Of a DNA stretch of 64,000 nucleotides, positions 46,894-55,774 are shown piece by piece. Below the pieces are notes generated by a model, which saw only the letters and a program-made list of their open reading frames with translations, did not search any database and was not told the DNA's origin. A program made the translations under genes and the position numbers. Numbering within the stretch: the stretch's first letter is position 1; every line of letters starts with the position of its first letter. Origin of the DNA: Vicinamibacteria bacterium (lineage in GTDB: Bacteria; Acidobacteriota; Vicinamibacteria; Marinacidobacterales; Marinacidobacteraceae); contig OY821641.1 of assembly GCA_963555995.3 (NCBI GenBank), positions 128,001-192,000 on the forward strand, read 5' to 3'.

Positions 46894-47838
46894 ATGACCC
46901 CGGCGGACGCCAAGCGAACCATCTGTGGACCGTTGATTCCGGTCATCACCAACTACGCGGACGACCTCACCGTCGATCACGACGCCATCCGGGAGAACGT
47001 TCGCTACGTCGTGGACCGGGGCGTCCGCACCGGAAGCGGGGTGCTCCTCGCCGCCGGCGCCGGGGGCGACTTCCCGATGCTGACGCTCGACGAACGGAAG
47101 GCGGTGTGCGAAACGATCGTGCGGGCCGCCGATGGCCGGACGCCGGTGCTGGTCGGAGCGCAGGACACGAACCCGAACGTGTCCGTCGAGCTCGCCCGCT
47201 TCGCCGAGGACATCGGCGCCTGGGGCATCCAGCTCGCGCCGGGCTACTACTACGAGTCGTCGGCCGAGGACTGCTACCGGCTGTTCGAGACGGTGCACGA
47301 AGCGACCAGCACGCTCGGCATCATGATCTACAACACGCACTGGGAGAGCTACGACATGTCGCTCGACGACGTCGAACGGCTCGCCGAACTGCCCCGCTGC
47401 GCCGCCCTCAAGTGGTCCACCGCGCGCGGCACTCTCGACTACCAGCGCGGGGTCGTGCGCTTCCGGGACCGCCTCGCCGTGATTGACAACCACGGGCTCC
47501 AGGGCCTCACCCACATGCTCGGCGGGCGGGGATACATCACCCACCTGTGCACCGTCTGGCCCGAGCACGACCTCGAGGTCTTCCGTCTCATGGAAGCGGG
47601 CGACTACGCCGCGGCGCAGAACCTGTTGAGCACCGTCAACTGGCCCTGGTACGACTTCCGGGTGCGGATGTGGCGCCGCACCGGCGCCGAGAGCCCGGTC
47701 GTCAACGCGGCGCTCGAGTTGACGGGCCGGAAGGGCGGCCCCAGCCGGCTCCCCACCCGCCGCCTCGACGAGTCGGAACGCGAGGAGCTGCGAAGGCTGC
47801 TGATCGAGATCGGCGTCCCGGGCGTCCAACCGGGGTAG
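46894..47838 (+). CDS. Dihydrodipicolinate synthase/N-acetylneuraminate lyase family protein
   Basis: 'GAGGDF' in place of GTTGE, 'IYN', Schiff-base Lys in 'ALKWS'. Confidence 0.85.
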   Translation: MTPADAKRTICGPLIPVITNYADDLTVDHDAIRENVRYVVDRGVRTGSGVLLAAGAGGDFPMLTLDERKAVCETIVRAADGRTPVLVGAQDTNPNVSVELARFAEDIGAWGIQLAPGYYYESSAEDCYRLFETVHEATSTLGIMIYNTHWESYDMSLDDVERLAELPRCAALKWSTARGTLDYQRGVVRFRDRLAVIDNHGLQGLTHMLGGRGYITHLCTVWPEHDLEVFRLMEAGDYAAAQNLLSTVNWPWYDFRVRMWRRTGAESPVVNAALELTGRKGGPSRLPTRRLDESEREELRRLLIEIGVPGVQPG

Positions 47839-47871
47839 GGACCCACCGGGAGAAACCGGCGGACACGGCTT

Positions 47872-48028
47872 GGAACGCCGGCTTCAGCCGGCACAGCCCG
47901 CCGAAGGCGGGCGGCGAGACGGACCTCAGGTGCCGGGATGGCTGGGCTGTGCGAGCCAACGCGCCCGGGGTAGCGACGAACCGCCCGCGGCCCTGCGGGC
48001 CGCGGTGCCGGCTGAAGCCGGCGTTCCC
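47872..48028. repeat. REPIN-like doublet, short-stem variant
   Basis: GGAACGCCGGCTTCAGCCGGCA ... TGCCGGCTGAAGCCGGCGTTCCC. Confidence 0.78.
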
Positions 48029-48121
48029 AGCCGGCGGTGCACTTCCGGCTCCGGGAGAACGCGCGGAACCGCATTCTTGCAGCAGCCGGACCGACTTCCG
48101 GCCGCGCTCCCGGCGGCCCCC

Positions 48122-48784
48122 TCAGCCGGTCGGGGGAACGAAGTCGCGCGGCCGGAACTCCGGCGGGTTGACGATGCTGGCGCTGTTGCCCGTCGCCCGA
48201 ATCACGAAGAGTCCCTTTCGCCCGGCGTAGCGGGAGGTTCCCTGGTGCTCCCGGAGGTAGGCGACTCCGCCGTAGAGCCGCCTTCCCCGGACGTGCCGCA
48301 GCAGGGCCGGGTGCGCCAGCAGGTCGAGGAACCGGTCCACATCAGGCGGTCGCAGCGTGGTCTTCACCTCGACCGCCACCACCTCATCCCCGTTGGTCGC
48401 GAGAAGATCCACCTCGCGCTCGTACGGACCGCACTCCAGCCGGAGGCGTGAGTAGACGGCTTCAACCTTTACGCCGCGTTCCCGCAGCAGCTTCAACAGG
48501 TCGCCCTCGACGAGCGACTCCACCAGCCGCCCCCACTGGCTGGTGAACAGATCCTCCGCGCGCCGGAGCCGCCGGTCGGCTTCCTTCCTCTGCCGGTCGG
48601 CTTCCCCCTGAATCTGCTTCAGGTGCCGGGCGGTTTCCTCCATCTGCCGATCGGTCTCCTTCATCCGCCGGTCGGTCTCCTTCATCTGCTGGTTGGTCTC
48701 TTCCTGGCCCTTCGCCACCCGGTCGAGGGTCTCCAGGATTCCCTCCAGGGTTACGGGCGCCGGATCGGTGTGTGGGGTGTTCAT
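48122..48784 (-). CDS. Coiled-coil + PD-(D/E)XK nuclease-like protein (DUF3782-like)
   Basis: Heptad repeats KETDRRM/KETDRQM; 'WGRLVE', 'EVDLL', 'VEVK'. Confidence 0.8.
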   Translation of the reverse strand: MNTPHTDPAPVTLEGILETLDRVAKGQEETNQQMKETDRRMKETDRQMEETARHLKQIQGEADRQRKEADRRLRRAEDLFTSQWGRLVESLVEGDLLKLLRERGVKVEAVYSRLRLECGPYEREVDLLATNGDEVVAVEVKTTLRPPDVDRFLDLLAHPALLRHVRGRRLYGGVAYLREHQGTSRYAGRKGLFVIRATGNSASIVNPPEFRPRDFVPPTG

Positions 48785-48847
48785 GGATGCTGGCCTCCTT
48801 GGAGTCTATGCCGGTGCTGAGGCCTCCGTCGTACGGGCCTCTCCACG

Positions 48848-48914
48848 CTCAGACGTAATTCCGGCCGGATTTTTCCCACTTCACGGGGAATTGTGGAAAA
48901 GTCGAAGCGAAGCG
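48848..48914. promoter_or_regulatory. Conserved non-coding element, copy B
   Basis: Nearly identical to copy C except for the 12-nt centre. Confidence 0.78.
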
Positions 48915-49094
48915 TCGTTCTGCGGGGCTGCTGGGCGGGCTGAAATGTTCCTGCCTGACATCTGCTATCGTGCCCGGCAAGGAGCACGTCGCTATCGCTC
49001 GGTCGTTCCCCAGGGTGCCTGGCTCCCCAGATGGAAAGGCGATCCGGCTTGCCGGAGGCGGAGAGGGTCGACCTCCGCCCGTGTTCCCGCGGGG

Positions 49095-49658
49095 CTACCA
49101 GGCGCAGCCCCATCCCATTCCGTGCGGCGCGCGAAATATGTTGGCGGCCTCGGCGCGCAAGTGCTCAACGTAAGTGTCCGTGACCCCGTAGAGGGTTTGT
49201 AGTCGCACGCGCTTGCCGTCGGGGCTGCGCCGCACGACGGCATGGATCAGGTTTCCGTGCACCTCGTCCACGAGGTTCAGGCGTCGCTCCAATTCCGCCG
49301 CTGACAGCGGTTGCGACGGCATGCGGCGCATCACTTCTCTGGGTGCCGCCAGGAGGTCCGCCGCTCGCACCAGGTCCGGCGCCTGGAGGCCGTGCTTCCG
49401 GATCAGATGGCGGGCCTGCCGGGCCTCCAGATGCACCACGTCGGTCTTTGCTTCCAACCAGCCCTTCACATCGGGGTCCAGAACTCCCACGACGAGGCGC
49501 CCCCGAGGATTCGCCAGGAACCCGTCCACGACGGGACTCCGCAACACGGCGCGTAGTGCGGCATCCGCGGTAGCGGCTGCCGGGTAGCGGTCCGTCTCCC
49601 GCCTGGAGACCCGCCGTAGCCAGCGCTTGCATCCCCACCTGTTCGCGGTTCCCGGCAC
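49095..49658 (-). CDS. Hypothetical protein resembling a stand-alone PBECR (Barnase/EndoU/ColE5/RelE-like) nuclease domain
   Basis: 'LEAKTDVVHL...HLIRKH', 'HAVVRRSPDGKRVRLQTLY' resemble MuF C-terminal toxin domains; start uncertain. Confidence 0.5.
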   Translation of the reverse strand: MPGTANRWGCKRWLRRVSRRETDRYPAAATADAALRAVLRSPVVDGFLANPRGRLVVGVLDPDVKGWLEAKTDVVHLEARQARHLIRKHGLQAPDLVRAADLLAAPREVMRRMPSQPLSAAELERRLNLVDEVHGNLIHAVVRRSPDGKRVRLQTLYGVTDTYVEHLRAEAANIFRAPHGMGWGCAW

Positions 49659-49713
49659 GGGGACCTCCGTGGTGAGTTGACTGCGGAAAGGCGGGATGCC
49701 TCCCCTAACTCTC

Positions 49714-49778
49714 CAGACGTAATTCCGGCCGGATTTTTCCCACTTCGGGGGGTTTTGTGGAAAAGTCGAAGCGAAGCG
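49714..49778. promoter_or_regulatory. Conserved non-coding element, copy C
   Basis: Same layout as copies A and B. Confidence 0.78.
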
Positions 49779-49836
49779 ACGTTTGGCGCGCGGATCCGGC
49801 CGCTTTCCGGCAGCACTTCCGGAGCGGATGGATGGA

Positions 49837-50110
49837 TCAGCCGGGGCCGGCGTGGGTCAGCAGCAGGATGGCGGCGATGCGGCGCGTGGTGTTGGTGAAG
49901 TGGTGGACCTCTTCGGGGTGGAGGGGGCGGTCGAGGACGGAGCGCTCGCGGTAGGAGAGCCACTTCTTGAGGACCTGGTAGCCGCCGAGGCGGTAGTTCC
50001 AGACGGCGGCGGGGACGTTCCGCCAGTGGGCGCGGTCGTTCAGGTGGATGTCGAGGGTGGTGTCACCGAGCGCCCGGAGGGCGGGCGCGAGAGTGGCGCG
50101 ATCGGCGGGT
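49837..50110 (-). pseudogene. Start-less duplicate of the 3' end of the R-M gene
   Basis: Translates PADRATLAPAL...WRNVPAAVWNYRLGGYQVLKKWLSYRE...AAILLLTHAGPG*; direct repeat of 51080-51330. Confidence 0.85.
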
Positions 50111-50159
50111 CCAAGCCAATGACAAATGGCGTGGTAGCCGAATTCTTTGGGGATCGAGC

Positions 50160-50591
50160 CTATTCGCGGGGACCCATGAGCCGTCGGGCAGCCAGCGTGA
50201 CGCTGTGGATCACGCCGTAACCCCCGATACCAGTCAGCAGCGTCTTCAACACCTCCAGCGCAATCGCGCTCTGGCGTTCATCACCTACGAAGGCGAACCA
50301 GAGGAGCAAGCCCAACACAAGAATGGAGATACCGAGCGCCACCGACATGAACTGGCGTCCAAAACTGGATCGTCGGGTGGACCGGTCGTGGTGTTGATCG
50401 CGGCTCTTCGAGTGGAACTCGAACTGTCGTTTGTCCTGAGCGTCGGCCAGCTCCAAGGCTTTTTCCTGGAGACTGAGCCGCCTGTCCTCAAGGACGTTCC
50501 GGTCCTTCGCCAAATTGACGAACTCGGCGAACACCTCCTCCGGCGGAGGGGGACCGACCAACTCGCCCGCTGGTTTCCGGTCCGCCGACAC
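50160..50591 (-). CDS. Two-TM membrane protein (DUF2335-like)
   Basis: 'GPPPPEE', coiled segment, two C-terminal TMs; lower GC. Confidence 0.6.
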   Translation of the reverse strand: MSADRKPAGELVGPPPPEEVFAEFVNLAKDRNVLEDRRLSLQEKALELADAQDKRQFEFHSKSRDQHHDRSTRRSSFGRQFMSVALGISILVLGLLLWFAFVGDERQSAIALEVLKTLLTGIGGYGVIHSVTLAARRLMGPRE

Positions 50592-50842
50592 TACAGGTCT
50601 TCGTAGCTGACGCTTGCGCCCGATCTGCCTTCGTCAATCACCCTGTCGATCGGCACGGATCGGACGGTGTAGCCGCCACCGTAGGACGACCGCTCGACAC
50701 GGCTGACGAATCCAGCCCAAGCCGGATCGGCTTTGCGCCGGTCCGCCTCCTTGCGCGCATCCAGCCATGACTCGAAGTGGAAGGCCTTCCGGGCAGCCGT
50801 GTCCCGGAAAGACTGGCTTGCCTGCATCACGGAAGGAGTCAA
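50591..50842 (-). CDS. Small hypothetical protein, translationally coupled to the downstream gene
   Basis: Stop overlaps the GTG of 50160-50591; start uncertain. Confidence 0.5.
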   Translation of the reverse strand: MTPSVMQASQSFRDTAARKAFHFESWLDARKEADRRKADPAWAGFVSRVERSSYGGGYTVRSVPIDRVIDEGRSGASVSYEDL

Positions 50843-51057
50843 TTGCGCGCCTCTTGAATCGCAGAAGAGCGCGTCTCACCCTCTAGCCTGGTGGGCATGC
50901 CTTTCTCTCCTTTGATACCCAAGTCGGGAAACGGTGTCCCGCTTACGGCGCGCCGATGATACACAAAGTGCTACATCCGCCGTCGGCGGAACCACGTGCC
51001 GGACGCTGTTCGCCGACTCCCGGTGGCCACAACTGTTTCCTGGGGGCGTCGGTGGAT

Positions 51058-54000
51058 TCAGGCGTTGGTGGACGCCGTGAGGAGCAGGATGGCGGCGATG
51101 CGGCGGGTGGTGTTGGTGAAGTGGTGGACCTCTTCGGGGCGGAGGGGGCGGTCGAGGACGGAGCGCTCGCGGTAGGAGAGCCACTTCTTGAGGACCTGGT
51201 AGCCGCCGAGGCGGTAGTTCCAGACGGCGGCGGGGACGTTCCGCCAGTGGGCGCGGTCGTTCAGGTGGACGTCGAGGGTGGTTTCGCCGAGGGTGGGGAG
51301 GGCGGGGGCGAGGGTGGCGCGTTCGGTGGGGGTGAAGGGGCGCTCGGCGGCGCGGCCGGTGCCGGGCATCACGGCGTCGCCGGCGCCGAAGTGTCCCCAG
51401 CCGGCGGTGACGGCGAAGTCGGCGCCGGACATGTTGCCGCCGTCCGTGGTGGCGGGGACGGCGAGGGCGGCGAGTTCGGGACGGAGGGTCCCCTCGGTGA
51501 CGCCGGGAGCCGGGGCGTCGGGGTCGAGCAGCCGGGCCAGTTCCCGGCCGCGGGCGGCGGACCGCTTCAGTTCGGCCGCAGCGCCTTCGGTGTCGCCGTC
51601 CGGCCAGCCGGGAAGGGGAACGCGGGGCCATTCCATGCGGAGCGCCCCGGCGTTGGCCGCGTGGTAGGCGGGATCGTGGAGGGTGGCGAGCGCGTGGAAG
51701 AAGAGATCGTCGGAACTCACGTCGGCGCCTTGCAGATACCGGAGCGCGTCGCCCGACAGGTTGGGCCGGGACGGTTCGGCGCCCCTCGCGTCCGCTCCCA
51801 GACCGCGGAGGTACTGCGGGAAGAAGCTGGAGAGTCCGTTGCCGAAGTTGTCGGCGAGGGCCGTGACGAAGGTTCCCCGGCAAAAGTCTTCCCGCGCCTC
51901 CTTCTCACGGGCTTCGATCCACGAATTCCCGGGGAAGACCTGCGAGTGGTAGTCAGGGCGCTTTCTGTCAAGGAGTTCGGTCTCGCCTTCCCAATAGAGC
52001 CACCGGATGTCGAAGGGACGGTAGGCGAAGCGGACGAAGCCGGACTCGGACGGTCCCCCACGCGAGAGGAGCGCGTCCCGCACCGTCCGCGCGGCGAAAC
52101 GTCCCGTGGTCCTCATCACCGCCGGATAGCGCCGGGCGATCTCATCGTGGCTGAGGCGCGCGTCGAAATAGTCTGTGACTCGGGCCTTCAGCCGATCCAG
52201 ATCCACATCCACCAGGAACCCGTCGCGACTGGTCTTCACGCCCGGAAAGGCCATGGGAAACAGTTCGGGGAGCGACGGCCACGAGAACCAGTTCTCGCTC
52301 ACGACCAGCGGGACGAATGGCAGACCGAGGGGCAGTGACGGGCGAACCCCTCCATAGACCGGCGGAGACTCCGCGAGGTCGGCGAGCTTCGTCCGGCCCC
52401 ACAGGTGCCGGAACGCGATCTTGCGGACCGGCGCATGCTCGGCGCGACGCACGAGGGTGGTGACAGCGGTGCCCACCTGGATGCCGACCGGATCCTCCGG
52501 CGTCGAGAACACGCTCGGGTCCGGCGCCCCGTCCGGCGTCGTCTTCCCGGTCCGGTACTTGTCGCCGTTGAGGCAGTCCACCCGGATCGCGTCGAACGCC
52601 TCCAGGTACCGCTCCCGCATCCCGGTGAACGACAGCCCGTCCAGCCACGAGTAGTTCGAGATGAAACAGACCACGCCGCGCCCGGTCTTCTCGACGATGC
52701 GCCGCTCGGCCATGCGGAAGAAACGGACGTACACGTCGTTGAGTCCCTGACCCTCGGGCTGTCGCACCTCCTTCGTGGTCCGGTAGGCGTCCGAGAGCTC
52801 CCGCTCCTCCTCCACCGCCACGCCCGCGAACCCGTTGTACGGCGGGTTCCCGAGGATCACCAGGATCGGCGTCTCCTGCTTCACCCGCTCCGCCCGGTCG
52901 CGCTCCTCCGCGAGTTCCGGGAACAGCAGCGGCTTCCGCTCCTTCGCCTCCCACCCGGTGAGCGCGTTCGTCAGGAACACCTGCGCCCGCTCCGCGCCGT
53001 CCTCGGACAGCGGCGCGTCGAGGTCCTGCATCGTCAGCCCGACCTGCAGGTGGGCCACCACGAACGGCGCGGGCATGATCTCGAAGCCGAAGACGCGCCG
53101 CGTGGCGGCCTCCTTCACCCGCGCCCCGACGAGCGCCCCGAGGCCCTTGCCTTCGAGGTTGGACCCGATGCGGCGCAGCACCTCGGCGAGGTAGGCCCCG
53201 GTCCCGCAGCACGGGTCGAGCACGTACACGTTCTCCGCCGCCAGCCCGTCGGCGATCCCGAGGTCGTCCCGGAGCGCCCGGTCCACCCGGGCGACCATGT
53301 AGCGGACGATCTCGTTCGGGGTGTACCAGACGCCGAGCTGCTTCCGCAGGCCGGGATCGAAGGCCGCGAGGAACGGCTCGTAGAAATAGGTGACCGCCTC
53401 TCCTTCCCGGAAGCGCTCGAAGAACGCCTTCCGGTCCACGCGGTCGAGGGCGGCGTCCGTCCAGTCGAGGACTTCGACGAGGCCGAGCGGCTGCAGGCGG
53501 CCGGGATCGGAGAGTTGTTGGAAGAGCGCCCGCAGCACCGGCGCGCGCAGGTGCCAGACCGCCTTCCGCCATTCGAAGCGGGCCTCCGCCGGACCGGCGC
53601 GCGCCCACAGCACCCACGCGGAGAAGACCCCGTAGAAGAGTGTCTGGACCAGCGTCGAGTGGAAGAAGCGTTTCCCGCGTTCGCCCTCGAACCGGATCCC
53701 GAGCGCCTCTTCGAGCGCGGCGCGGAGCGGCTCGAACGCGGCGGCCTCGTCGCTGGCCTCGACCCGCGAGAGCCCGTCCCGCGCGTAGGAGGCGAGCAGC
53801 CAGGCGAGGTCCCGCGGCTCGGCGATCGCCGCCCGCCAGGACAGCGCGCGGGTGAGGTACTCGACGAGACGCTCCCCGATCTCGCGGGCGAAGGCGCGGG
53901 GCTTCCCGAGCTTCCGGTGGAACTCGCCCGCGCTCTCCGCCAGCCGGAAGGTTTCGAGGGTGCGTTGCCCTTGGGCCGGGTCGGGGCCGACCAGGGCGAA

Positions 54001-54384
54001 CTCGCGCAGGTTGGTGACGAGCACGAGCCGGTAGCGCGCCCAGTAGCGGGCGACCTGTTCCCCGGCGGCGACGACCGCCAGTTCGTCCGGGTCCGGCTTG
54101 ACTTCCACGACGCCGCGCTCGGGAATCTGCCCGGTGCGCGGCCGGCCGCGCTGGACCTGCTTCGCCGAGTAGAGCCCGATGTCGGGGTGGCCCGCGCCCT
54201 GGTCGGCGAGCTCGGGGACGCAGAAGACCTTCGGCTTCAGACCGCCGCCCACCGCGTTCAGCAGGTTCACCAGCGCGGTGTAGCGGGACCGCTCGCCGGT
54301 CGCGCCGCCGGAGGCGCCGAGGCGGGCGAGGTCGCTCAGGTAGTGCTCGACGGCGGTGGTGAGGCGGGCCTTGGGAGGGGTCAC
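51058..54384 (-). CDS. Single-chain restriction-modification enzyme: PD-(D/E)XK nuclease + N6-adenine MTase + type ISP-like C-terminal specificity domain, no helicase
   Basis: 'HPDIG...VEVK', 'GVWYTP', 'VLDPCCGTG', 'GNPPY', 'YRPFD', 'LGGYQVLKKWL'; start inferred at GTG 54384. Confidence 0.88.
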   Translation of the reverse strand: MTPPKARLTTAVEHYLSDLARLGASGGATGERSRYTALVNLLNAVGGGLKPKVFCVPELADQGAGHPDIGLYSAKQVQRGRPRTGQIPERGVVEVKPDPDELAVVAAGEQVARYWARYRLVLVTNLREFALVGPDPAQGQRTLETFRLAESAGEFHRKLGKPRAFAREIGERLVEYLTRALSWRAAIAEPRDLAWLLASYARDGLSRVEASDEAAAFEPLRAALEEALGIRFEGERGKRFFHSTLVQTLFYGVFSAWVLWARAGPAEARFEWRKAVWHLRAPVLRALFQQLSDPGRLQPLGLVEVLDWTDAALDRVDRKAFFERFREGEAVTYFYEPFLAAFDPGLRKQLGVWYTPNEIVRYMVARVDRALRDDLGIADGLAAENVYVLDPCCGTGAYLAEVLRRIGSNLEGKGLGALVGARVKEAATRRVFGFEIMPAPFVVAHLQVGLTMQDLDAPLSEDGAERAQVFLTNALTGWEAKERKPLLFPELAEERDRAERVKQETPILVILGNPPYNGFAGVAVEEERELSDAYRTTKEVRQPEGQGLNDVYVRFFRMAERRIVEKTGRGVVCFISNYSWLDGLSFTGMRERYLEAFDAIRVDCLNGDKYRTGKTTPDGAPDPSVFSTPEDPVGIQVGTAVTTLVRRAEHAPVRKIAFRHLWGRTKLADLAESPPVYGGVRPSLPLGLPFVPLVVSENWFSWPSLPELFPMAFPGVKTSRDGFLVDVDLDRLKARVTDYFDARLSHDEIARRYPAVMRTTGRFAARTVRDALLSRGGPSESGFVRFAYRPFDIRWLYWEGETELLDRKRPDYHSQVFPGNSWIEAREKEAREDFCRGTFVTALADNFGNGLSSFFPQYLRGLGADARGAEPSRPNLSGDALRYLQGADVSSDDLFFHALATLHDPAYHAANAGALRMEWPRVPLPGWPDGDTEGAAAELKRSAARGRELARLLDPDAPAPGVTEGTLRPELAALAVPATTDGGNMSGADFAVTAGWGHFGAGDAVMPGTGRAAERPFTPTERATLAPALPTLGETTLDVHLNDRAHWRNVPAAVWNYRLGGYQVLKKWLSYRERSVLDRPLRPEEVHHFTNTTRRIAAILLLTASTNA

Positions 54385-54471
54385 GGGGAAGGTCGGGGCC
54401 GCGGTCCGGCGCGGCGGTTCACGGCGGATTGTGCGGGATGGCGGGCGGGTCGTCCCGGTACCATCCGCCGC

Positions 54472-55428
54472 ATGGGTTCCCCGGAGACGGCTGCCCCCGC
54501 CGCGCCGCCGCCGGAACGACCCCCGGCTGCGGGGGCGAACGCGGAGGAGTCGCCGCCGGGGCTCGACCGGTTCCGCCGGTTCCTCCGCACTCCGGTGATC
54601 CGGGGAACCTGGCTCTGGATCCGGAAGATCGGAGAGTGGCTGGGGGCCGCCTGGCGCTGGTCGCGGAAGAACGCCGGGCCCCTGCTGCACGGGCTGGCGC
54701 GGGCCGCGGCGACCGGCGCGGAGGTCGCCCGGCGCGCCGCGGAAGCGGGCAGGATCGCCACCGAGGGAGGAAAGCGCCTCCGGACGTGGACCAGGCGGCG
54801 GCGGGCGGAGGGAGCGAGCGGCCGCATCCAGGATGCGCTCGAAGACGCCGAGGAGGGGGCGCGCACCTTGGGCCCCCGGCTCCACCGGGGGGGCGCGGAC
54901 GCCAGCGGGGTGCTGGACGCGGTGAGCCGGTTCGCGGGCGCGCTCGCGGGCGGACGCCGCAAGCGGTCGGGGAAGTCGCTCCCCGCTTCCGGCGGCGAGG
55001 AGCCGGCGACGACCCCCGCGCCGGAGCTTCCCGAAACCCCCGCGCCGCCGCAGCTTGCCGAACCGCCCGCGCCGGCGCTGGCGGCGGAAGCGCCGTCGCC
55101 CGAGCCCGCGAGCGAGTCCCCGGCCGGGACCGCGGAGGAGCGTTTCCAAGACGTCCTCGATCGCGCCCGCAAGCTCGGGCGGCGCCGTCGCCGCGGGCCG
55201 CTGCGGAAGCTGATCGTCGAGATGGTCGCGATCCGGGAGCCGGCGACCGCGGGGGAACTCGCCGGCTGGCTCGGGATGCAGAAGAAGCACCTGAAGAAAG
55301 CCCACCTGCGCCCGATGGTCGAGACGGGAGAACTCCGCCTGCACCATCCCGAGGAACCCACCCATCCCGACCAGGCGTACCTGGTGGGTGACCGGGCCGG
55401 TCCGCCGTCTTCCGGCGAGCTGGGGTGA
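54472..55428 (+). CDS. Hypothetical protein with Trp/Arg-rich amphipathic N-terminus, Pro-rich linker and C-terminal winged-HTH (Fic-C-like)
   Basis: 'AGELAGWLGM..KHLKKAHLRPMVETGEL...PEEPTHPDQAY'. Confidence 0.68.
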   Translation: MGSPETAAPAAPPPERPPAAGANAEESPPGLDRFRRFLRTPVIRGTWLWIRKIGEWLGAAWRWSRKNAGPLLHGLARAAATGAEVARRAAEAGRIATEGGKRLRTWTRRRRAEGASGRIQDALEDAEEGARTLGPRLHRGGADASGVLDAVSRFAGALAGGRRKRSGKSLPASGGEEPATTPAPELPETPAPPQLAEPPAPALAAEAPSPEPASESPAGTAEERFQDVLDRARKLGRRRRRGPLRKLIVEMVAIREPATAGELAGWLGMQKKHLKKAHLRPMVETGELRLHHPEEPTHPDQAYLVGDRAGPPSSGELG

Positions 55429-55513
55429 CAAGCCGCGGAGCTGGGGTGATAACGCCCGAGCTGGGGTGATAAGGGTGGGAGCTGGGGTGATAACGCCTGA
55501 GCTGGGGTGATAA
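55417..55513. repeat. Direct-repeat block 1: 5 x GAGCTGGGGTGA(T/C)AA, period 20-21 bp
   Basis: Starts at 55417, 55438, 55458, 55479, 55499. Confidence 0.92.
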
Positions 55514-55774
55514 CGCCCGAAACAGCGTGAATTCCGGCCCGCGGACGCCGTTTCGGGCCGGTTTTCGGCGCCGGGACCGGTTTTTCGGCGATTCGGTCAA
55601 AACGCCCCGAATTCGGTGTTTTCCAGCCGAAAAGCCGGTCTGCATCGGTTTCCAGCCGGTTGACCGGCCGGAGATTGGGTGTCAGGCGACAGAAGAACCG
55701 GGCCGCTCGGCGACAGATAAAACTGGGCCACCCCCGAGGGTGACGATCGGAGGCGGCGGGATCTTCCGGCCCGC

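Noticed and set aside
48848-49778. Canonical integron attC sites
   Set aside because: No RYYYAAC...GTTRRRY ends and no integron integrase; kept only as an unexplained element
49859-51330. Diversity-generating retroelement TR/VR pair
   Set aside because: Mismatches are not adenine-specific (C/G and other changes occur), and no reverse transcriptase is present in the window
54385-55431. N-terminal 349 aa of the 1457-aa ORF as part of the R-M enzyme
   Set aside because: Low-complexity antisense read-through of the plus-strand wHTH gene; R-M-like sequence starts near 54384
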